From: Bacteroidetes bacterium GWA2_40_15
Lineage (GTDB): Bacteria; Bacteroidota; Bacteroidia; Bacteroidales; VadinHA17
Length of the DNA stretch: 64,000 bases
Reading direction: 5' to 3'
NCBI GenBank assembly: GCA_001768195.1
Contig: MENI01000097.1
Span: forward strand, 73,198 to 137,197
Shown here one piece after another: positions 54,015 through 63,743 of the stretch. The notes below the pieces were generated by a model. It was not told where the DNA came from, made no database searches, and saw only the letters and a program-made list of their open reading frames with translations. The translations under genes and the position numbers were made by a program. How positions within the stretch are numbered: position 1 is the stretch's first letter; every line of letters starts with the position of its first letter.

Positions 54015-55369
54015 GCGGTAATTCAGAAGTTTCAGAAAAATATCTGAACCTGTACAGGGAGAATATAGACAAGATTTCATCTATATCAGCCCCTTATATA
54101 AACTCGTTCAGAAGTTCTGCATTCGAAAGGTTTAGCAAGCTGGGGATCCCCTCTAAAAAGGATGAGGCATATAAATACACAAATCTCAACATCTTTTTCG
54201 ATCATGATTACAGGAGTTATTTTCTTCCTGTAGCCTCCGATTTTATAAAGGCAGAGGAGTTCCGTTGTGATGTGGCTGACCTCGACGCTCATGGAATTGT
54301 ACTGTTAAACGGATTCTATCCTACCATAAATGATAAGCTTCGTCAGTTACCCAGCGGAGTCTGGATAGGAAGCATTAATGAAGCTGCTTTGAGATTTCCG
54401 GATCTTATTGAAAAACATTATGGAAAGTATGCTGACAGCGATACTGACGGCCTCGTGCATCTCAATACGGCTATGGCCTCAGATGGGGTATTCGTTTATG
54501 TTCCAAAAGGTGTCCGGTTCAATAAGCCGGTTCAGATTGTTAACCTTGTTCAATCTGAGGAGGATATGTTCAACCAGCACAGGAATCTGATTATTGTAGA
54601 GAAAGATGCTGAATTTTCAATCATTATATGTGATCATGCTTTATCACCCAAAAAGTTTCTTACCAATGCCGTAACAGAAGTTTATGTTGGTGAGAGTGCA
54701 CATTTTGATCTTGTAAGGGTACAGAATGAACATAATGCTGCATGCAAGGTAACTCATACTTTCATACATCAGGAGAAGAACAGTATTACGTCATCAATTA
54801 ACATGACACTTCATGGCGGACTTATCCGCAACAGCACTTATCATTTCCTTGGAGGCGAGAATGCGGAGACAAATTCATGCGGATTATATCTGACAGACAA
54901 GTGGCAGCATGTTGATAATTTTGTCAATGTCGATCATGCCTTCCCAAACTGCACCAGCAACCAGCTGTTTAAAGGTGTTCTGGATGATATGTCAACAGGA
55001 GCGTTTAACGGACGCATTCTTGTGAGGCCTGATGCTCAGAAAACTCTTGCTTACCAGAAAAACAACAATATACTCCTCACTGATGATGCCAAGATGGATA
55101 CCAAGCCTCAGCTTGAGATCCACGCCGATGATGTGAAATGCAGTCACGGTGCAACGGTGGGACAGCTTGATGGCGATGCCTTGTTTTATCTTCAGTCGCG
55201 AGGGATCGATAAACATGAGGCAAAGCTGATGCTTATGTTCGGATTTGCACATGAAGTGATACAGAATATAAAGGTCGAGCCTTTAAGGGAGAGGATGGAC
55301 AACCTGGTTATGCAGAGGCTCAGAGGTGAATTATCGCGATGTGCAAGCTGTGTTGTTAAGTGCGGATAA
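54011..55369 (+). CDS. sufD: Fe-S cluster assembly protein SufD
   Basis: 452 aa with a SufB/SufD beta-helix C-terminal region (EIHADDVKCSHGATVGQLD, LFYLQSRGI). An ATGA overlap joins it to sufC. Confidence 0.9.
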   Translation: MSGNSEVSEKYLNLYRENIDKISSISAPYINSFRSSAFERFSKLGIPSKKDEAYKYTNLNIFFDHDYRSYFLPVASDFIKAEEFRCDVADLDAHGIVLLNGFYPTINDKLRQLPSGVWIGSINEAALRFPDLIEKHYGKYADSDTDGLVHLNTAMASDGVFVYVPKGVRFNKPVQIVNLVQSEEDMFNQHRNLIIVEKDAEFSIIICDHALSPKKFLTNAVTEVYVGESAHFDLVRVQNEHNAACKVTHTFIHQEKNSITSSINMTLHGGLIRNSTYHFLGGENAETNSCGLYLTDKWQHVDNFVNVDHAFPNCTSNQLFKGVLDDMSTGAFNGRILVRPDAQKTLAYQKNNNILLTDDAKMDTKPQLEIHADDVKCSHGATVGQLDGDALFYLQSRGIDKHEAKLMLMFGFAHEVIQNIKVEPLRERMDNLVMQRLRGELSRCASCVVKCG

Positions 55370-55381
55370 CCTGAGTGCAAG

Positions 55382-56599
55382 GTGAAAAATATAAAAGAAA
55401 TACGATCGGATTTTCCTATCCTTAACAAGGAGGTTTACGGAAAGCCTCTTGTTTATTTCGATAATGGAGCTACAACTCAGAAGCCCCAATCAGTTATCGA
55501 TTCAGTCAATGAAGTACTCACATCTTATAACAGCAATATACACAGAGGGGTTCATTATCTCAGCGACATGTCTTCGGAGGCGTATGAGAATGCCAGGCAA
55601 AAAGTGGCATCATTTATAAATGCTGGGAAAAAGGAAGAGGTAATCTTCACTTCAGGGACAACCGGCTCAATCAACACTATTGCATTTTCCTACGGTGAGC
55701 GCTATATTAAACCCGGCGATGAAATAATTATAAGTTATCTTGAGCATCATGCCAACATAGTGCCGTGGCAGATGCTCTGCGAGAGAAAAGGAGCAGTTCT
55801 GAAAGTGATCCCGATGAATGAAAACGGAGGGATAATCATTGAAGAATACCACAAACTATTGTCGTCAAGGACCAAACTGGTCTCTGTGACACAGGTATCC
55901 AATTCCCTCGGTACTATCCTCCCGGTATCCGAAATTATAAGAGCTGCTCACTCAATGAACATACCTGTACTGGTTGATGGCGCACAGGGGATCCAGCATG
56001 GGATTGTTGATGTTGGCGCAATGGATTGTGATTTTTATACCTTTTCAGGACATAAGGTATATGGCCCAACCGGAATAGGGATACTATACGGGAAAGAGAA
56101 ATGGTTAAGTGAATTGCCTCCTTACCAGGGCGGTGGAGATATGGTCGATAAAGTTACTTTTGAAAAGACAACCTATAATCAGCTTCCTTTCAAATTTGAA
56201 GCCGGAACAATGAATTATCCCGGAGCTATCGGACTGGCTGCTGCACTCGATTATGTTACAGCTATTGGCCGGGAGAATATTTCATTGAGGGAAAAAGAAC
56301 TCCTTCAATATGCTACAGAAAAGATGTCTGCAATTGATGGATTAAAAATTTATGGCACTTCAGCCAATAAAATACCTACCATCTCTTTCCTTCTTAAAGG
56401 GATTCACCAGTACGATACCGGGATGATCCTCGATAAAATGGGAATAGCAGTAAGAACAGGAACACACTGCGCCCAGCCTGTGATGGATTATTTTGGAATA
56501 GACGGCACAGTGAGGGCATCGGTCTGTTTTTATAATACTTCGGAAGAGATCGATTCGCTGGTTGCGGGAATTGAGAAGGTAAAAAGTATGTTTGCATAA
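55382..56599 (+). CDS. sufS: Cysteine desulfurase SufS (class II aminotransferase V)
   Basis: 405 aa. FDNGATTQKP, HRGVHYLS, the PLP-lysine context FSGHKVYGPTGIG and the active-site RTGTHCAQP. Confidence 0.9.
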   Translation: MKNIKEIRSDFPILNKEVYGKPLVYFDNGATTQKPQSVIDSVNEVLTSYNSNIHRGVHYLSDMSSEAYENARQKVASFINAGKKEEVIFTSGTTGSINTIAFSYGERYIKPGDEIIISYLEHHANIVPWQMLCERKGAVLKVIPMNENGGIIIEEYHKLLSSRTKLVSVTQVSNSLGTILPVSEIIRAAHSMNIPVLVDGAQGIQHGIVDVGAMDCDFYTFSGHKVYGPTGIGILYGKEKWLSELPPYQGGGDMVDKVTFEKTTYNQLPFKFEAGTMNYPGAIGLAAALDYVTAIGRENISLREKELLQYATEKMSAIDGLKIYGTSANKIPTISFLLKGIHQYDTGMILDKMGIAVRTGTHCAQPVMDYFGIDGTVRASVCFYNTSEEIDSLVAGIEKVKSMFA

Positions 56600-56608
56600 T
56601 TGAATATA

Positions 56609-57037
56609 ATGACTATCAACGAAATACAGGACAATATTATTGATGAGTTCTCCCTGTTTGATGACTGGATGGACAAGTACAATCTTCTCATTGATATGGG
56701 GAAGGATGTATCTCCGGTCGATCCGAAATTCAAGGTAAAGGATTTTCTCATTGAAGGCTGCCAGTCGAAAGTGTGGCTTCATCCTGAGTTTGATGGACAT
56801 CTGATAACTTTTACAGCCGACAGCGATGCAATAATAACAAGGGGAATCGTTGCCCTGCTTATTAAAGTTCTTTCAGGCAGAACACCGGAAGAGATCATTA
56901 CAGCAGAACTCTATTTTATCGACAGGATAGGGTTGAGGCAGAATCTTTCACCGACAAGATCTAACGGACTTCTGTCTATGGTTCGCCAGATGAAACTTTT
57001 TGCGATGGCTTATGATGCAAAACAAAAACAGATTTAA
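56609..57037 (+). CDS. sufE: Sulfur acceptor protein SufE
   Basis: About 142 aa with the conserved LIEGCQSKVWL active-site Cys motif. ATG at 56609; the ORF-track TTG is at 56600. Confidence 0.85.
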   Translation: MTINEIQDNIIDEFSLFDDWMDKYNLLIDMGKDVSPVDPKFKVKDFLIEGCQSKVWLHPEFDGHLITFTADSDAIITRGIVALLIKVLSGRTPEEIITAELYFIDRIGLRQNLSPTRSNGLLSMVRQMKLFAMAYDAKQKQI

Positions 57038-57039
57038 TT

Positions 57040-57360
57040 ATGGAACCTGCAGAAAAACTCGAAATAGAAACAAGGATTGGAGAGGTGCTCAGAACCATCC
57101 ACGATCCTGAAATACCGGTGAATATTTATGATCTGGGCCTTATCTATGATATAAATCTTGATGATGACAGTATTGCCCATATCACAATGACGCTCACAGC
57201 GCCCAACTGCCCGATGGCCGAAGAACTTATCGAGGAAGTAAAATATAAGATCGGAGGATGCAGGGGAGTTAAGGAGTGCAACCTGAAGCTTACATTTTCT
57301 CCTCCATGGGATAAAAGCATGCTCAGTGAGGAGGCAAAACTGGAACTGGGTTTCCTTTAA
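57040..57360 (+). CDS. DUF59/MIP18-family Fe-S assembly protein (SufT-like)
   Basis: 106 aa. DPEIPVNIYDLGLIY and the TLTAPNCPMAE motif, at the end of the suf cluster. Confidence 0.8.
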   Translation: MEPAEKLEIETRIGEVLRTIHDPEIPVNIYDLGLIYDINLDDDSIAHITMTLTAPNCPMAEELIEEVKYKIGGCRGVKECNLKLTFSPPWDKSMLSEEAKLELGFL

Positions 57361-57371
57361 AATTTACTGCC

Positions 57372-58316
57372 ATGACCGCTTCAGCGGATATCAGATTATC
57401 GGCACTGATCAGGGACAAAGCAACGGAGCTTGGTTTTGATCTGTGTGGTATAGCCAGGGTAAGGAAGCTTTCAGAATGTAAAGAGGTGCTCACAAAGTGG
57501 TGTGCTGAAGGGTTGAATGATAAGATGACTTATCTTATACGCGATCCTGATAAAAGAGCTGATCCCGGAATTCTTTTTCCTGGTGCAAAATCGATGATAG
57601 TTACAGGATTGAATTATTACACCGATAAGCGTCAGAAGCACCTCTATGTTCCTCTTATTTCAATTTATGCTCTGGGTAAGGATTATCATGATCTGATCAC
57701 AGCAAGGCTGGAGAAACTTTTAACCTATGTCAAATCATTTGTCCCTGATGCCGAAGGCAGGGCATTCTGTGACGATGCTCCTGTACTCGAGAAACCATGG
57801 GCTGTCGAAGCTGGTCTTGGGTGGAGGGGGAAACATTCGATCGTGATTAATGATACTATAGGATCATTCTTTTTTATAGGAGTGCTTATCCTGAACATTG
57901 AACTTGATTATGATAAACATGTAGAAGGTGATAAATGCGGAAACTGCAGGGCGTGTATTGATAGTTGTCCGACAGGTGCAATTAACATTGACAGGACAAT
58001 TGATGCAAGGCGATGCATTGCGAATCTTACAATCGGGAACAGAGGTCCGGTTCCGGAAGAGATTATACCATATATGGGCAGAATGGTCTACAGCTGCGAT
58101 ATCTGTCAGGATGTCTGCCCCTGGAACAAAAATGCAAAACCTCACAATGTTGCTGAGTTCATGATCGTTGATGAGCTGGCGGATATGACAAAAGAAGAGT
58201 GGCTTTCTCTTGACAACGCTAAATTCGACACTCTTTTCAAAGGAACTCCCGTGGAACGGGTTAAATTCGACAGGTTCAAAAGGAATATTGAGGCTATCTC
58301 AAAGAATCTGAAGTAA
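57372..58316 (+). CDS. queG: Epoxyqueuosine reductase
   Basis: 314 aa. Two 4Fe-4S ferredoxin motifs (CGNCRACIDSCPTGA, CDICQDVCPWN) and the GWRGKHS motif typical of QueG. Confidence 0.85.
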   Translation: MTASADIRLSALIRDKATELGFDLCGIARVRKLSECKEVLTKWCAEGLNDKMTYLIRDPDKRADPGILFPGAKSMIVTGLNYYTDKRQKHLYVPLISIYALGKDYHDLITARLEKLLTYVKSFVPDAEGRAFCDDAPVLEKPWAVEAGLGWRGKHSIVINDTIGSFFFIGVLILNIELDYDKHVEGDKCGNCRACIDSCPTGAINIDRTIDARRCIANLTIGNRGPVPEEIIPYMGRMVYSCDICQDVCPWNKNAKPHNVAEFMIVDELADMTKEEWLSLDNAKFDTLFKGTPVERVKFDRFKRNIEAISKNLK

Positions 58317-58317
58317 A

Positions 58318-58731
58318 CTAGTGGCCCTCTATTATTGTAACTACCACCTCTCGTTTTTCCCTTGGGCCGTCAAATTCACAGAAGAAAATATTTTGCCATG
58401 TAGATAATCCGGGATTACCATCAACGATCGGTATAGTCTCTGATGGACCGATTATTCCTGCCTTGAGATGGGAGTCTCCGTTATTGTCCTGATGATCGTG
58501 TTCCCAGATCCCTGCCGGGACAAGTTTATTCATCAGCGTAACAACATCATTTTGGACCGACTGGTCCCAGTTCTCCTGGATCATGATGGCAGCTGTTGAT
58601 CCCCTGGCATATACCGAAGCAATGCCTGTCTTTACCTTACTTGCCTTTATCAGTGTAACAACTGCATTTGTTATATCATAAAGCCCGCTTCGGCGGTCGG
58701 TTCGGAGTGTGATTATCTTTTGCATAGTCAT
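58318..58731 (-). CDS. YjbQ/UPF0047 family protein (secondary thiamine-phosphate synthase enzyme)
   Basis: 137 aa. YDITN, GSTAAIMIQEN, GDSHLKA and EFDGPR are conserved blocks of UPF0047. Confidence 0.75.
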   Translation of the reverse strand: MTMQKIITLRTDRRSGLYDITNAVVTLIKASKVKTGIASVYARGSTAAIMIQENWDQSVQNDVVTLMNKLVPAGIWEHDHQDNNGDSHLKAGIIGPSETIPIVDGNPGLSTWQNIFFCEFDGPREKREVVVTIIEGH

Positions 58732-58828
58732 TAATCTCTGGACTGAAGTCCGGGGTTAGTACAAAAGTACAAGATGTTTTTTACCTTGCTTATGTTTTTA
58801 CGTCTTATAATCAGATAACCTTATCATT

Positions 58829-59374
58829 TTGATTGACATTAAAATTATAGAAGAGTGCAGGGGAGGGAATTTAAATAATTTCAGGAAACTGGTGGAAGTT
58901 ACATCTCCGTTTGCATACTCTGTAGCTTTCAGAATGCTCGGAGATGAGGATCAGGCAAAGGATGCGGTTCAGGAAACTATGGTAACTATCTGGCAGCAAC
59001 TGAGGAGGATTAAGTCTGCAAGTGTATATAAGACCTGGGTTTACAGAATAGTAATTAATAAATGTTATGATAACCTCAGAAAACGAAAGAGAAGCATCGA
59101 GTGTAATGCAATTGAGAAAACATGGACAATGTTATCAGATACTGTTTCCCAATGGCCATCTTCTGAACTTGAGGATAAAGAAACTGCAATGATAATATCT
59201 ACCCTGACAAACAAGCTCAGCCCTAAACAGAAAGCAGTATTTGTTTTATCTGAGATGGAAGAGATGACAAGCGATGAGATTGCCGGAATAACAGGAATGA
59301 GCAAGCTGGCAATTAAAGCGAACTTATATTATGCAAGAAAAAGTATTTCTGAGATGCTTGAAAAATATTTATGA
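58829..59374 (+). CDS. ECF-type RNA polymerase sigma factor
   Basis: Region 2 (DEDQAKDAVQETMVTIWQ...YKTWVYRIVINKCYD) and region 4 (LSPKQKAVFVLSEMEEMTSDEIAGITGMS..AIKANLYYARK). Confidence 0.85.
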   Translation: MIDIKIIEECRGGNLNNFRKLVEVTSPFAYSVAFRMLGDEDQAKDAVQETMVTIWQQLRRIKSASVYKTWVYRIVINKCYDNLRKRKRSIECNAIEKTWTMLSDTVSQWPSSELEDKETAMIISTLTNKLSPKQKAVFVLSEMEEMTSDEIAGITGMSKLAIKANLYYARKSISEMLEKYL

Positions 59375-59922
59375 AAATGAAAAAGAATGATAGTAAGTAT
59401 ATAAAGACTATTGATCTTCTGAGAAAGTCGAAGCCTCTGCTGGACTCTTCCGGGGATATTGAGAGAGAGGTGATCAGGAGGATCTCTTCATCTGCTGAAC
59501 AGGTAACCGATTCTTTTTCATTGCTTGATCTGTTGTTTGGCTGGACCAATATAGTATGGATCAGGAGAGGTCTGATTGCAACATCAGTCATGCTGGTTGC
59601 ACTGTTTGTTTATCAGCAATCGGTGATAGTGAATCAGCTCAACTGGATCAGCAGACAAATAGTCATTAATGAGGAAAGACCAATCCGGGCCACACAACCC
59701 GAATTTGTAAGGCAACTAAAACTATTGAAAATAACAGGTGGCAGATACAATATGATGAACAGTTCCATATCAGAAGATCAGATAGAGATACTTATAGAGT
59801 CAGTTGATAAGCTGCAAACTGACTTTGATAACCTGATGAAGATAATCCAGGATGATCCTGACCTTAAAGAGCTTATTGAAAAGAAGCTCAATGAAAAAGA
59901 ACAGAGGAAAGTAAAATTATAA
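59371..59922 (+). CDS. Hypothetical single-pass membrane protein, putative cognate anti-sigma factor
   Basis: 183 aa with an ATGA overlap to the sigma gene, one central TM helix (LIATSVMLVALFVY) and no zf-HC2 motif. Confidence 0.45.
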   Translation: MKMKKNDSKYIKTIDLLRKSKPLLDSSGDIEREVIRRISSSAEQVTDSFSLLDLLFGWTNIVWIRRGLIATSVMLVALFVYQQSVIVNQLNWISRQIVINEERPIRATQPEFVRQLKLLKITGGRYNMMNSSISEDQIEILIESVDKLQTDFDNLMKIIQDDPDLKELIEKKLNEKEQRKVKL

Positions 59923-59925
59923 GTC

Positions 59926-60978
59926 ATGAAGATAAAATCATTAAAATTTATTGTCTCTTTCATGCTTGTCATGATCGTATCGTGCGACGAACCTGAAACA
60001 GTTGTCACAAATATCATTCATCAGGATGGTTCAATAACAAGGAAGATTGAGATGAGGAAGAGTGATAATAAATTCGAAATTACCGATATCCAGGTGCCGC
60101 TTGACAGTACATGGATTATCTCAGATTCCTCTGAAATATCTCTTAAAGGTGATACAACCTGGATCAAAAGAGCAGAAAAGATCTTTAAGAATGCTGACGA
60201 GTTGAATCTGGCTTATACCAGCGATACCGGGTGCAATAGTTATTTGTCAAGGCATGCCTGGTTCAGCAAAAAATTCCGTTGGTTTAACACCATTTACAGT
60301 TTTTCGGAAACAGTTGGAAAAAGATTCAGGTATGGTTATCCTGTGCGGGATTATTTGAACGATGAAGAGCAGCTGTGGTTTTATAGTCCCTACAATAGTA
60401 ACCAGGCGAAACTTGCAGGACCGGATAGTCTGAAATATAAAGCACTTTCTGATTCAGTAGAAAGAAGGAAAGATGAATGGCTTCTCAAATCAATTGTTTC
60501 TGAATGGATAGGGGAATTCTCAGAGCAGATTGACCGGGAACCTGATGCCGTATTGTGGCTGGATAGCCTTAAAAAGGGGGAAGACCGCATTGTGAAAATA
60601 GTTCAGACTAATGACCAGGATCTCGATAATCTCTGGCAATCGGGTTATATTCTGAAGGAGTTTATTGGTGAATCAAATGCCTTGAATTACAGAACTGAAG
60701 CAGACAGTGCGCTGGATATTATTGAGGATAGACTTTTTGAGAGTTTTGCAGGGTATTCAGTAAGAATATCAATGCCGGGCAAACTTACTTCTTCAAATGG
60801 CTTTGTAGACAGCAGTCATATACTTCTCTGGCCGGTAATTGATGAGTACTTTCTGGCAGAAGATTATGTAATGTGGGCAGAGTCGAGGGTACCAAATATA
60901 TGGGCATGGATCGTTTCCGGAATATTTGTTCTGTTTGTCGGTACAGGAGTATTAATCAGGAGAAATAAGAAAGGCTGA
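59926..60978 (+). CDS. Hypothetical lipoprotein with an additional C-terminal TM helix
   Basis: 350 aa. The lipobox-like signal is SFMLVMIVSC and the C-terminal hydrophobic helix is IWAWIVSGIFVLFVGTGVLI followed by RRNKKG. Confidence 0.5.
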   Translation: MKIKSLKFIVSFMLVMIVSCDEPETVVTNIIHQDGSITRKIEMRKSDNKFEITDIQVPLDSTWIISDSSEISLKGDTTWIKRAEKIFKNADELNLAYTSDTGCNSYLSRHAWFSKKFRWFNTIYSFSETVGKRFRYGYPVRDYLNDEEQLWFYSPYNSNQAKLAGPDSLKYKALSDSVERRKDEWLLKSIVSEWIGEFSEQIDREPDAVLWLDSLKKGEDRIVKIVQTNDQDLDNLWQSGYILKEFIGESNALNYRTEADSALDIIEDRLFESFAGYSVRISMPGKLTSSNGFVDSSHILLWPVIDEYFLAEDYVMWAESRVPNIWAWIVSGIFVLFVGTGVLIRRNKKG

Positions 60979-60990
60979 TCTCTCAGCCTT
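60971..60990 (+). terminator. Hairpin overlapping the stop codon of the lipoprotein gene
   Basis: AAGGCTGA-tctc-TCAGCCTT is a perfect 8-bp stem, and the TGA stop at 60976-60978 lies inside the stem. No U-tract follows. Confidence 0.35.
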
Positions 60991-61028
60991 CTTAAACCAA
61001 CCTTAAACCTTAAACCTTAAACCTGAAC
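60991..61028. repeat. Tandem heptamer tract (CCTTAAA)n between convergent genes
   Basis: Perfect CCTTAAA copies lie at 61001, 61008 and 61015, with degenerate copies on both sides (CTTAAACCAA, CCTGAAC). The tract fills the whole spacer up to the stop of the sigma gene at 61030. Confidence 0.7.
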
Positions 61029-61029
61029 A

Positions 61030-61536
61030 TTATCTTACATAATCTTTTAGCATCAGCATCAGCTTCTGGCGGGTAAAGAAAATCCTGCTTTTTACAGTAC
61101 CGATCTTTAGTCCAAGCTCATCTGCAATCTCCTTGTATTTATATCCGTTAATGTGCATCCGGAAGGGGATCCTGAACTCATTACTCAGTGAATCAATGGC
61201 TTTCTCAATTTCAGCTTCAGAATATTTTGATTCTGGTGAAATGAAACCCTTGTCACCCGGTTGATTGATATAATAGAGATCCTGGGTTCCGTCAATAATT
61301 GTATTCTCTTTTACATTACGCCTGTAGTTGTTAATGAAAGTATTCTTCATGATAGTAAATACCCAGGCTTTGAGATTTGTGTAATCAACAAACTTATCTT
61401 TGTAAGTGATTGCCTTGAGATATGTATCCTGAACCAGATCAAGTGCTGTGTCACGATCTGATGTGAGGCTCATCGCAAACCTTTGCAGGTTACCTTTCAT
61501 TTCGATGAGGCTGCTGTTAAACTCATATTGTGTCAT
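61030..61536 (-). CDS. Sigma-70 family (ECF-like) RNA polymerase sigma factor
   Basis: 168 aa with region 2 (DRDTALDLVQDTYLKA...LKAWVFTIMKNTFINNYR) and region 4 (FRMHINGYKYKEIADELGLKIGTVKSRIFFTRQKL). A TAGATTTG -7 box sits on the minus strand at 61581-61588. Confidence 0.8.
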   Translation of the reverse strand: MTQYEFNSSLIEMKGNLQRFAMSLTSDRDTALDLVQDTYLKAITYKDKFVDYTNLKAWVFTIMKNTFINNYRRNVKENTIIDGTQDLYYINQPGDKGFISPESKYSEAEIEKAIDSLSNEFRIPFRMHINGYKYKEIADELGLKIGTVKSRIFFTRQKLMLMLKDYVR

Positions 61537-61815
61537 AGCTATTTGTATTTAAAGAGTGTTTAATATTAATTGTTGAAGCAAATCTATACAAATAAAAAAA
61601 GATATGCAACTCTGAATATCCGATAATCTGTTTGATCTGCAGTTAATATAAATAAATAAAAAATATAACTATAAGATATACAGTGGTATATATTAAAAAA
61701 GACTATATGTTTCTAAATTATTTATAAATAGCTTTTTTGTGAAAAAGGTTAACTCATCCTATCATTTCTTTGCATAATATTGGCTCAACTTTCGTACATT
61801 TAAAAAAAATTCAAC

Positions 61816-62634
61816 ATGGATTTCAGTATAAAACTCAGCAATGGACAGGTACTTAAAGGTCTGCTTGAGAGTCCCGGAGAGAATACCCGGGCTGTAATTG
61901 TAATGGTGCATGGCATAGGAGAGCATCTGCGAAGGTATCTGAACTGGGCAGAACAATTCAGAAATGCCGGGATGGCATTTATCGGAGTTGATCTTCCGGG
62001 TCATGGCCTTTCTCCTGGCCGTAGAGGCCATATCAGGAATTATGATATATTAAAGGAAATGATAGATATCCTTATAAACAGTTCAAGGCAGACTTTCCCG
62101 GGTATACCTTTATACATATATGGTCACAGCCTTGGAGGTGGAATCGTACTCGATTACATCATAAGGAATAATCCGCGGATAAGCGGTGCAATTGTTACCT
62201 CGCCTTGGCTTCGTCTCTCTTTTGAACCACCCAGGATCAAAATAATTCTTGCTTCAGTGATGAAAAGTATACTTCCGGAGCTTGCTCAGCCAACAGGGTT
62301 GATTGTTGATCATATATCTCACGATAAAGAAGTAACAGATAATTATAAGTCTGATCCGCTGGTTCACGACAAGTGTTCTGTAAGTCTTTTTCACACTGCA
62401 ATGAGTAGCGCAAAGTATTCTCTTGAACATTCCGGTGAATTAAGAGTACCCACACTCATTCTTCATGGGAGTGATGATCTGATCACTTCTCCGGAAGGGA
62501 GCAGGGAGTTTGCTTCAAAGAATAGTGTAACTGATCTCAGGATATTTGAAGGCGGATTTCATGAGTTGCATAATGAATTGTTCCGGAATGATGTATTTGA
62601 ATATATCATTAAATGGATAGATAAGAAACAATGA
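61816..62634 (+). CDS. Alpha/beta hydrolase (lysophospholipase / monoacylglycerol lipase-like)
   Basis: 272 aa. HG-box VMVHGIGEH, nucleophile elbow GHSLGG, and the C-terminal LHGSDD...HE catalytic Asp/His contexts. Confidence 0.75.
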   Translation: MDFSIKLSNGQVLKGLLESPGENTRAVIVMVHGIGEHLRRYLNWAEQFRNAGMAFIGVDLPGHGLSPGRRGHIRNYDILKEMIDILINSSRQTFPGIPLYIYGHSLGGGIVLDYIIRNNPRISGAIVTSPWLRLSFEPPRIKIILASVMKSILPELAQPTGLIVDHISHDKEVTDNYKSDPLVHDKCSVSLFHTAMSSAKYSLEHSGELRVPTLILHGSDDLITSPEGSREFASKNSVTDLRIFEGGFHELHNELFRNDVFEYIIKWIDKKQ

Positions 62635-62649
62635 AAACCTGATTAAAGT

Positions 62650-63639
62650 ATGTCCGGAATGAATTTCAGGACCAACATAAATGTCGGCCCGTCACCATGG
62701 AAAGTTTCTTACAGTGATAATGTTATGTTCGCCGGATCGTGTTTTGCAGCTTCTATTGGCGAACAGATGCTTATGCGCAAAATGCCGGCGATGATCAATC
62801 CTGCAGGTACAGTATATAACCCCGTATCAGTTTTAAACACACTTGAAAATCTGATATCAGGGAAGATTTTTACCCTGGATGACCTGTATAATTATGAAGG
62901 AACATGGCTAAGTTTTTTTCACCATACTGATTTTTCATCAGAGGATCATGATTCATTGATTGATAAAATAAATGACCGTTCTGTAAAAGCGAGAGAATTT
63001 TTAAGCAACTCCAGGTTTTTTTTTATAACATTCGGTACGGCAAGGGTCTTCAGGTGGAAGAAGACAGGTACAATAGTCTCCAACTGTCATAAAATACCAG
63101 CCGCTCAGTTTGAAACGGAGCTCCTTGCAGTTAATGATATTGTTGACCGGTGGGTATCGCTGCTTGACAGACTTCCGGAATTCAATCCTGATCTGAAAGT
63201 TGTTTTCACAGTCAGTCCTGTACGACACTGGAAAGACGGTGCTCACGGAAATCAGGTTAGCAAGTCTGTCCTGTTTCTTGCAGTGGAAGAGTTACAGAAA
63301 CATCAATCCGGTCCGGGATATTTTCCTGCATATGAACTTTTAATTGATGATCTCCGCGATTACAGGTTCTACAGCGATGATATGCTTCATCCATCATCTT
63401 CAGCCATAGAGTATATCTGGGAAAAGTTCTCAGGAGCCTACTTTGACATTGAAACCGTTAATTTACAGAATGAGATATTGAAAATAACCAATGCCTGTAA
63501 TCATCGTTTCTTAACCGGCTCTGTTACAAAAAAGAAGGCTTTTGCACAAAAAATGCTGAAACAGATCTCAGAGATTCAGGCCAGAAATAGTTTTATTGAT
63601 CTGTCAGCTGAAAAAGAGTATTTTCTTAACCTGGACTGA
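62650..63639 (+). CDS. GSCFA-domain protein
   Basis: 329 aa. The early MFAGSCFA motif names the GSCFA family. SGNH-like blocks follow (ITFGTA, DxxHP: DDMLHPS). Confidence 0.7.
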   Translation: MSGMNFRTNINVGPSPWKVSYSDNVMFAGSCFAASIGEQMLMRKMPAMINPAGTVYNPVSVLNTLENLISGKIFTLDDLYNYEGTWLSFFHHTDFSSEDHDSLIDKINDRSVKAREFLSNSRFFFITFGTARVFRWKKTGTIVSNCHKIPAAQFETELLAVNDIVDRWVSLLDRLPEFNPDLKVVFTVSPVRHWKDGAHGNQVSKSVLFLAVEELQKHQSGPGYFPAYELLIDDLRDYRFYSDDMLHPSSSAIEYIWEKFSGAYFDIETVNLQNEILKITNACNHRFLTGSVTKKKAFAQKMLKQISEIQARNSFIDLSAEKEYFLNLD

Positions 63640-63743
63640 TTTTTTTTACTTCTGACTGAACAATATTTAAGTAATGAAAGCGGCACCGTACTGCCAACCA
63701 TAGGAATTATAATTGAATTTTAAGAAATCTGTAGTTGTAAGGA

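Noticed and set aside
60991-61028. Tandem repeat tracts (also 36225-36252 and 45579-45621) as possible CRISPR arrays.
   Set aside because: The units are 7 nt with no spacers, the total length is under 50 nt, and there are no cas genes in the window.
61701-61716. A third GTTTCTAA occurrence (tatGTTTCTAAatt) upstream of the alpha/beta hydrolase gene, as a possible third copy of the ECF-module motif.
   Set aside because: The upstream half-site CCGTAGGA is absent at the required 14-nt spacing. An 8-mer alone in very AT-rich DNA is not significant.
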